Assembly: GCA_963779755.1 (NCBI GenBank)
Contig: CAVZZO010000003.1
Span: 1,696,001-1,760,000, forward strand
DNA from: an uncultured Gemmatimonadales bacterium
GTDB taxonomy: Bacteria; Gemmatimonadota; Gemmatimonadetes; Gemmatimonadales; GWC2-71-9
Reading direction: 5' to 3'
DNA length: 64,000 nt
The notes beneath the pieces are model-generated. The model was not told where the DNA came from, searched no databases, and worked only from the letters and a program-made list of their open reading frames with translations. Every line of letters begins with the position of its first letter. Position 1 is the stretch's first letter. The position numbers were made by a program, and so were the translations under genes. Shown in pieces: positions 58,076 through 64,000 of the stretch.

Positions 58076-58521
58076 TGACCGACACCTCCAGGAAACCGCG
58101 AGTCAGCGCCGAGGTACCGCGCGACCAGTCCGAGGCAGCCCGGGCCAGCTTCGAGCGGTGCTGCGCGTCGCCCGATTTCATCCCGACCTTCTATCACCTC
58201 TTCTTCACCGCGTGCCCCGAGGCAAAGGCACGGTTCGAAGCGACGGATTTCTTCCGCCAGCATCAGCTGCTGCGCCACGCCCTGCGGCTGCTGCTGCTCT
58301 ACCCCAACCGCCCCGAAGCGGAAGGCCACGACCTGCTCCGGCGGGTCGCCGAGCGGCACAGCCGCCGCGACCTGGATATCCCACCGGAGCTCTACCCGCC
58401 CTTCGTGGACAGCCTGATCCGGGCCGTGGCGCGGTACGATCCGGAGTGCAACGAGGGTATCGAGGCAGCCTGGCGGGCAACCATCCGCGGTGGGGTGGAG
58501 TACATGAAATCGCGGTACTAG
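58075..58521 (+). CDS. Single-domain globin
   Basis: FY (B10), F (CD1), Q (E7), ERH (F8), PELYPPF; TGATG coupling. Confidence 0.85.
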   Translation: MTDTSRKPRVSAEVPRDQSEAARASFERCCASPDFIPTFYHLFFTACPEAKARFEATDFFRQHQLLRHALRLLLLYPNRPEAEGHDLLRRVAERHSRRDLDIPPELYPPFVDSLIRAVARYDPECNEGIEAAWRATIRGGVEYMKSRY

Positions 58522-59801
58522 TCCGCGCTCCTCAGTTCCTGCAATCGCTCCTCCAGGAACCGGCGCTCCGGTTCCTGTGCCGCAAGATCCAGGGCCCGCT
58601 GGAACGCGGCGGCCGCTTCGTTCCTGCGACCCAGCCGGCGGAGCAGCTCTCCCCGGGCGGAGTGGGCCAGATGATAGGCGCCGAGCTCCCCCCGGTCCAG
58701 GATGCCGTCAATGAGCCCGAGCCCCGCTCCTGGCCCGTCGCGCATGGCGATGGCCACCGCCCGGTTGAGCTCGACCACCGGCGTGGGCTCCACCCGGAGC
58801 AGCACATCGTACAGACCGGCGATCTGCGGCCAGTCGGTAGCATCCGGTGTCGCGGCCTCCGCGTGCAGCGCCGCGATCGCCGCCTGCAAGGCATAGGGCC
58901 CCGCCCGTCCCGACCGCAGCGCCCGCTCGACCAGCGACGTACCTTCGGCAATCTGCTCCCGGCTCCAGAGGGTGCGGTCCTGGTCTTCCAGAAGCACGAT
59001 GGTGCCGTCGCCGCTCGTGCGCGCCGGTCTCCGGGAATCGTGCAGCAGCATGAGCGCCAGGAGACCCAGGGTCTCCGTGTCGGGCAGCAATTCGACCATC
59101 TCCCGCCCCAGCCGGATCGCCTCCACCGCAAGGTCGGTTCGCGTCACCGCATCTCCTGCGGTGGCGGCGTAGCCCTCGTTGAAGACGAGATAGATCACCT
59201 GGAGGACCGCGTCGAGTCGCTCCGGCAGTTCGGCCCGCGAGGGGACCTCATAAGGAATGCCCGCATCACGAATCTTGGCCTTGGCCCGGACGATCCGCTG
59301 GGCGATGGCCGGCGTCCGGCTGAGATAGGCCCGGGCGATTTCCTCGGTCCGGAGCCCGCAGACCTCCCGGAGCGTGAGCGCGACTCGCGCCTCGGGCGAC
59401 AGGGCCGGATGGCAGCAGGTGAAGATGAGGCGGAGCTGGTCGTCCCGCACCGCCTCATCGTCCACCTCCGGCGGCGGCCCGGCTTCGCTACCCAGGCGAT
59501 CGGCGATCGCCCCCCGGGCGGCATCGAACCGCGCCGCCCGTCGCAACCGGTCGATCGCACGGAACCGCCCGGCGGACACCAGCCAGGCGCGGGGGTGGGC
59601 CGGCACGCCCTCGGCCGGCCACCGCTCCACCGCGGCGGCAAAGGCTTCCGCGAGCGCCTCTTCGGCCAGATCAAAATCGCCGAGCAGGCGGATGAGGGTC
59701 GCCAGGATCCGCCGGGACTCGGACCGGTAGAGCGCACCGATCCGCTCGGTCAGGTCACTCCCGGGACACCGGCCCGGGCCGCGAAGGGAGACAGACGGCA
59801 C
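58518..59801 (-). CDS. ECF42-type sigma factor with TPR extension
   Basis: DFDLAEEA, LRLIFTCCHPAL, IYLVFNEGY, DQDRTLW, GPYALQAAIAA. Confidence 0.93.
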   Translation of the reverse strand: MPSVSLRGPGRCPGSDLTERIGALYRSESRRILATLIRLLGDFDLAEEALAEAFAAAVERWPAEGVPAHPRAWLVSAGRFRAIDRLRRAARFDAARGAIADRLGSEAGPPPEVDDEAVRDDQLRLIFTCCHPALSPEARVALTLREVCGLRTEEIARAYLSRTPAIAQRIVRAKAKIRDAGIPYEVPSRAELPERLDAVLQVIYLVFNEGYAATAGDAVTRTDLAVEAIRLGREMVELLPDTETLGLLALMLLHDSRRPARTSGDGTIVLLEDQDRTLWSREQIAEGTSLVERALRSGRAGPYALQAAIAALHAEAATPDATDWPQIAGLYDVLLRVEPTPVVELNRAVAIAMRDGPGAGLGLIDGILDRGELGAYHLAHSARGELLRRLGRRNEAAAAFQRALDLAAQEPERRFLEERLQELRSAD

Positions 59802-59803
59802 GG

Positions 59804-60160
59804 CTACTCCACGCTGAACTCCCGGATCGGCCGCACCTCGACACTCCCGAAGCGGGCGGACGGGATGCGCGACGCGACCTGGATGGCATCGTTCAGGTCC
59901 CGCGCCTCGATCAAGTAGAAACCGCCGAGCTGCTCCCGGGTCTCCGCGTAGGGACCGTCAGTGGTGGTCGCCTTCCCGTTTCGCACCCGGATGGTGGTCG
60001 CCGTCTGGACCGGCTGGAGGGCCTCACCACCCAGATGGTGGCCGCTCTTCATGATGTCCTTCGTGTAGGCCACGTACTCCTGGTGTATCGCCTCCCGGTC
60101 GGGCCCGGACATTCCGTTGATCGTCGCTTCGTTGTCATAGATCAGGCACAGGTATTTCAT
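59804..60160 (-). CDS. YciI/DGPF protein
   Basis: MKYLCLIY, TDGPYAETREQLGGFY, VEVRP. Confidence 0.93.
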   Translation of the reverse strand: MKYLCLIYDNEATINGMSGPDREAIHQEYVAYTKDIMKSGHHLGGEALQPVQTATTIRVRNGKATTTDGPYAETREQLGGFYLIEARDLNDAIQVASRIPSARFGSVEVRPIREFSVE

Positions 60161-60204
60161 GGTGTCCTCCAGAGGAGAGATCAGGAACCGTCGGACACCA
60201 GCTA

Positions 60205-60231
60205 GTCGACTGGCGAGCCACCATTTCGACA
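60205..60231 (-). promoter_or_regulatory. ECF42 promoter TGTCGA-N16-TCGAC
   Basis: Minus strand TGTCGA AATGGTGGCTCGCCAG TCGAC upstream of the DGPF gene. Confidence 0.8.
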
Positions 60232-60325
60232 CACCGGCTCCAGGAATTCCCGCCAGCCTGGAACGGCTCCGATACTGCAATGGGCTAGAGCGTTCCCCTG
60301 ATTCCCGGTTCCCGATTCCTGATCC

Positions 60326-60820
60326 CTATCCACCCCACCCCTCATCCGCGGTCGGACCGTACATCGACGGCACCGGTATATCCAGCAGCCGCAGATACAT
60401 GCCGAGCTGGGCCCGGTGGTGCACCAGGTGGCTGATGTGGTTGCGCACGATGACGGCTCGCGGCGCCGAGAAGAGCACCTTGTCACCATGCCTGAGCGAC
60501 CAGGTCACGCCGTAATCGCCGTCCGCCGTCGAGGCGATCGCCTCCCTGGCTTCCCGTACGTTCTGGTCGAACCCGGCCAGCAGCGTCTCCGTCTCCTCCA
60601 TGCTGTACCCGGCCGCCTTCGCCAGATCGAGCGAGGTCTCCTTCAGCGCGTTGGCGATCCAGCCCGGCATCCAGCTGACCAGCTGCGCCAGGTGGGCCAG
60701 GCAGAACGACTTGGAGTGCGGCTTCCACTCTCCCTTGTCGCTGGGCACCCGTTCCAGCACCCGGCGGGTGGTGGCCATTTCCTGGTCGAATTCGGGGAGG
60801 AGGGTCTGGGAGAAGGGCAT
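60326..60820 (-). CDS. DinB family protein
   Basis: EMATTRRVLERVP, WKPH.KS, HLVHHRAQL, PSMYGPTAD. Confidence 0.92.
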   Translation of the reverse strand: MPFSQTLLPEFDQEMATTRRVLERVPSDKGEWKPHSKSFCLAHLAQLVSWMPGWIANALKETSLDLAKAAGYSMEETETLLAGFDQNVREAREAIASTADGDYGVTWSLRHGDKVLFSAPRAVIVRNHISHLVHHRAQLGMYLRLLDIPVPSMYGPTADEGWGG

Positions 60821-60836
60821 GGAGCCTCCATTCAAA

Positions 60837-60981
60837 GGCGGTATGGCGGTATGAGGCGGTACGGCGGTACGGCGGTACGGCGGTACGGCGGTACGGCGGT
60901 ACGGCGGTACGGCGGTACGGCGGTACGGCGGTACGGCGGTACGGCGGTACGGCGGTACGGCGGTACGGCGGTACGGCGGTA
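60837..60981. repeat. GGCGGTAC octamer array (15 perfect copies plus variants)
   Basis: GGCGGTAT x2, GA, (GGCGGTAC)x15, GGCGGTA. Confidence 0.97.
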
Positions 60982-61029
60982 AATGAGTACAGATCGGGGC
61001 ATACCGGGGCAAGGTACCCCGGTTCTGGT

Positions 61030-61055
61030 CCCTGATTCCTGACTCCTGATCCCTG
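61030..61055. repeat. TCCTGA(T/C) heptamer run (also at 35448-35471 and 60295-60327)
   Basis: ccctgattcctgactcctgatccctg. Confidence 0.75.
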
Positions 61056-61060
61056 CGGCA

Positions 61061-61087
61061 TGTCGATTTCCGCCCTCCCGGTTCGAC
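61061..61087 (+). promoter_or_regulatory. ECF42 promoter TGTCGA-N16-TCGAC
   Basis: TGTCGA TTTCCGCCCTCCCGGT TCGAC, 36 nt upstream of ATG 61124. Confidence 0.8.
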
Positions 61088-61123
61088 GATATATTGAGAC
61101 CCCCCAACCCCGAGGAGCGTACC

Positions 61124-62239
61124 ATGGCCGGAGTCCGGGTACTGGTCGGCACGCGCAAAGGCGCGTTCATCCTGACCTCCGACGCGAAACGTGCAAAGTG
61201 GAACATCAGCGGGCCGGAATTCGCCGGCTGGGAGCTGTACCACCTCAAGGGCTCGCCGGCCGACCCCGACCGGATCTACGCCTCCCAATCGAGCGGCTGG
61301 TTCGGCCAGACGATGCAGCGATCCTGCGACGGGGGGAAAACCTGGGAAACGGTGGGCAACAAGTTCGTCTACGACGGGGTGCCCGGCACCCACCAGTGGT
61401 ACGACGGCACCGCGCATCCCTGGGAGTTCAAGCGGGTCTGGCACCTGGAGCCTTCGCTCACCGATCCGGACACCGTCTACGCCGGGATCGAGGACGCGGC
61501 CCTGTTCAAGTCCACCGATGGCGGCCAGAACTGGGAGGAGGTCTCCGGCCTCCGGAAGCACAGCACCGGCTCGGCCTGGTCGCCGGGTGCGGGGGGCATG
61601 TGCCTGCATACCATCATCCTCGATCCGGTGAACCCCGGGCGGATCTTTACCGCCATCAGCGCGGCGGGTGCCTTTCGCTCGGACGACGGAGGCGACACCT
61701 GGAAACCCATTACCAGAGGACTGGTTTCCAGTTTTCTGCCGAACCCCACCGCCGAGGTAGGCCATTGCGTGCACCGGATCGCGCAGCATCCCTCGCGGCC
61801 CGACACGCTGTTCATGCAGAAGCACTGGGACGTCATGCGCAGCGATGACGCGGGCGACAACTGGCACGAGGTGAGCGGCAACCTGCCGACGGACTTCGGC
61901 TTTGCCATCGATGTGCACGCCCACGAGCCGGAGACCATCTACGTGGTCCCCATCAAGAGCGACGCCGAGCACTTCCCGCTGGAGGGCAAGCTCCAGGTGT
62001 TCCGGAGCCGGAGCGGCGGCAACGAATGGGAGCCGCTCACCCGGGGCCTGCCCCAGCGTAACTGCTACGTCAACGTGCTGCGCGATGCCATGGCGGTAGA
62101 CCGGCTGGACGACTGCGGCATCTATTTCGGCACCACCGGCGGGCAGGTGTACGCCTCGGCCGATTCGGGCGACAGCTGGACGCCGATCGCCGAGCACCTG
62201 CCGCCGGTCTTGTCGGTCGAGGTTCAGACACTGCAATGA
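61124..62239 (+). CDS. BNR/Asp-box beta-propeller (sialidase-like) protein
   Basis: S-x-D-G-G-x-x-W repeats; GTRKG; no signal peptide; GAGGAG RBS. Confidence 0.9.
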   Translation: MAGVRVLVGTRKGAFILTSDAKRAKWNISGPEFAGWELYHLKGSPADPDRIYASQSSGWFGQTMQRSCDGGKTWETVGNKFVYDGVPGTHQWYDGTAHPWEFKRVWHLEPSLTDPDTVYAGIEDAALFKSTDGGQNWEEVSGLRKHSTGSAWSPGAGGMCLHTIILDPVNPGRIFTAISAAGAFRSDDGGDTWKPITRGLVSSFLPNPTAEVGHCVHRIAQHPSRPDTLFMQKHWDVMRSDDAGDNWHEVSGNLPTDFGFAIDVHAHEPETIYVVPIKSDAEHFPLEGKLQVFRSRSGGNEWEPLTRGLPQRNCYVNVLRDAMAVDRLDDCGIYFGTTGGQVYASADSGDSWTPIAEHLPPVLSVEVQTLQ

Positions 62240-62532
62240 TCCACGTGGTTCTGCCGGAGCCGCTCCGCAACCTGGCGCGGATCGAGAGCGAAGTCACCGT
62301 CGAGGCCGACGGTCCGGTTACCCAGCACACGGTGCTCTCCGCGCTGGAAGCGCGCTACCCCGCCCTGCGCGGCACCATGCGCGACCAGGTCACCAGGAAG
62401 CGCCGGGCCTTTCTCCGCTTCTTCGCCTGCGGCCAGGACCTCTCGCACGAGGATCCGGACGCGCCGCTGCCGGAGGCGGTGGCCAGGGGCGAGGAGCCCT
62501 ATCTGGTCGTGGGGGCCACGGCCGGAGGCTAG
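62236..62532 (+). CDS. MoaD/ThiS ubiquitin-like protein
   Basis: Beta-grasp size; ends ATAGG; ATGA overlap. Confidence 0.9.
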   Translation: MIHVVLPEPLRNLARIESEVTVEADGPVTQHTVLSALEARYPALRGTMRDQVTRKRRAFLRFFACGQDLSHEDPDAPLPEAVARGEEPYLVVGATAGG

Positions 62533-62555
62533 CCCGGAAGAACGGAAACATGAAG

Positions 62556-62593
62556 AAAGGACTGAGAGAGGGCGCTTCTCTCTCAGTCCTTTT
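62556..62593 (+). terminator. Intrinsic terminator built from GGACTGAG arms
   Basis: AAAGGACTGAGAGAG-GGCGCTT-CTCTCTCAGTCCTTT, a perfect 15-bp stem. Confidence 0.75.
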
Positions 62594-62671
62594 GCCTTCT
62601 CTCTCCCTTGCTATACCGGTGCCGCCCCCCGAGATTTCGGTTTCTCCCCACATCCCCTAGAGGTCGGCAGG

Positions 62672-64000
62672 ATGGAAGCCGCAATGCGCACCTGTCCCTC
62701 CTGTAGCTCCTCGTTGCCCGACGAGGCGCAATTCTGTATGAAGTGCGGCTTCGCCACACCCACCGATCCCGGCGTCCCGCCGCGGACCCAGGCAACGGGC
62801 GCCTTCGAGGTCGGGCGGGTGAAACGCGCGCTGGGCGACCCATACCGGGTGGACCGGATTCTGGGCGAAGGGGGAATGGCCACGGTCTACCTGGCCGAAG
62901 ACCTCAAGCACCGGCGCAAGGTGGCGGTGAAGGTCATGCGTCCCGAACTGGCCGCCACCCTGGGCGCCGACCGGTTCCTTCGTGAAGTCGAAATCGCCGC
63001 CCAGCTGAGCCATCCCCACATCCTGGCGGTGTACGATTCGGGCGAGGCCGAGGGCGTGCTCTACTACGTGATGCCCTACGTGGAGGAGGGCAGTCTGCGC
63101 GAGCGGCTGGAGCGCGAGGGCCAGCTGCCGGTAAAGGAAGCGCTCCGGCTGGCCCGGGAGGTCGCCGAGGCGCTGGCCTATGCCCAGGCGCGCGGCATCA
63201 TCCATCGCGACATCAAGCCGGGCAACATCCTGCTGGGCGCCGGCCACGCCCAGATCGCGGACTTCGGCATCGCGCGGGCCCTCGACAGCGCCGGGGAAGC
63301 GATCACCCGGACGGGGCTCGCGGTGGGAACGCCGCAATACATGGCGCCGGAGCAGGCCATGGGCGACCGGGACGTGGATGGCCGCGCGGACGTCTATGCC
63401 CTGGGTGCGGTGCTCTACGAGATGCTGGCCGGCGAAGCGCCCTATACCGGTCCTACCGCCCGCGCCATCATGACCCGCAGCATGACCGAAAGGCCCCGCC
63501 CCCTCTCCAGCGCCCGGATGGGCCTGCCGCCCACGGTGGACTCCACCGTTACCCGGGCACTCGCCCGCAACCCGGTGGACCGCTATCCCACGGCGGCCGC
63601 CCTGGCCGAAGCGCTGGAGAACGCGCAGGATACCAGCCAGAGCGGCGCGATGCAGGCCGCGGCCGGGGCGGGGCCGTCGCCGCTGGCGGTGTGGGGCCTT
63701 TTCGGCGCCGGCTCGGTGGCCATGCTGGCGATAGTCTACAGTCTCACCCGGCGGTGGAACCTGCCGGTCTGGACACTCGGGCTCGCGGTGCTCCTCCTGG
63801 CCGTCGGCGCCGGCGTGCTGGTGCTCACGGGGAAGATCGAGCGCCGCCGGCGGGCGGGCGCCGGCACCGGCGGAATCACCGGCCTCTTCACCTGGCGCAA
63901 CGCCACGCTGGGCGGCGTGGGCGCGCTGGTCCTGTGGGCCGTCATGGCCAGCGTGATGGCCGTCCGCGCACCGGCCGGCGCCGCGGGAGCCGGGGGGACG
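62672..64000 (+). CDS. Hanks Ser/Thr kinase with N-terminal zinc ribbon and TM helices; partial
   Basis: Not in the ORF track (open to the edge). CPSC...CMKCG, GEGGMA, VAVK, HRDIKPGN, DFG, GTPQYMAPE. Confidence 0.92.
   Translation, partial: MEAAMRTCPSCSSSLPDEAQFCMKCGFATPTDPGVPPRTQATGAFEVGRVKRALGDPYRVDRILGEGGMATVYLAEDLKHRRKVAVKVMRPELAATLGADRFLREVEIAAQLSHPHILAVYDSGEAEGVLYYVMPYVEEGSLRERLEREGQLPVKEALRLAREVAEALAYAQARGIIHRDIKPGNILLGAGHAQIADFGIARALDSAGEAITRTGLAVGTPQYMAPEQAMGDRDVDGRADVYALGAVLYEMLAGEAPYTGPTARAIMTRSMTERPRPLSSARMGLPPTVDSTVTRALARNPVDRYPTAAALAEALENAQDTSQSGAMQAAAGAGPSPLAVWGLFGAGSVAMLAIVYSLTRRWNLPVWTLGLAVLLLAVGAGVLVLTGKIERRRRAGAGTGGITGLFTWRNATLGGVGALVLWAVMASVMAVRAPAGAAGAGGT

Noticed and set aside
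60837..60981. Possible CRISPR array
   Set aside because: Contiguous 8-bp units with no spacers, and no cas genes.
60821..62236. 636-aa ORF with PPYRRTAV repeats fused to DinB
   Set aside because: Read-through of a stop-free octamer array and antisense to the BNR gene; dinB has its own GGAGG and ATG at 60820.
1..64000. Prophage, IS, integron, defence system, tRNA or rRNA
   Set aside because: No recognisable integrase, transposase, RT, nuclease or structural RNA signature.

Overview
High-GC bacterial chromosomal segment with about 65 tightly packed CDSs. Gene content (Hanks kinases with TPR/Ig arms, ECF-kinase pair, ECF/anti-sigma/DUF4097, beta-propeller lipoprotein) suggests Gemmatimonadota; this is an inference. 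No rRNA, tRNA, CRISPR, transposase or integrase was recognised. Contents: a YtrA-type GntR/ABC operon, three ECF sigma systems, two PAS hybrid kinases, a TetR-HlyD-ABC exporter, tesA-ybbA-ybbP, a plastid/Chlamydia-type FabI, two caa3-like heme-copper oxidase operons, greA, a radical SAM gene, ada, three Ser/Thr kinases, a globin and a BNR-propeller/MoaD pair. Highlights: (1) The second oxidase keeps all metal ligands but lacks the D-channel Glu (GHPWVY), the K-channel Lys and the subunit II K-channel entry Glu. It carries a CtaG-cytochrome c fusion and a CRP-like box. (2) At least eight different 7-9 nt tandem-repeat families sit at gene junctions, often as inverted arms, and often supply stop codons. 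(3) Two ECF regulons can be read from duplicated promoter motifs, one putting a ubiquitin-like MoaD/BNR operon under ECF42. (4) tesA has a frameshift next to a repeat-bounded element.
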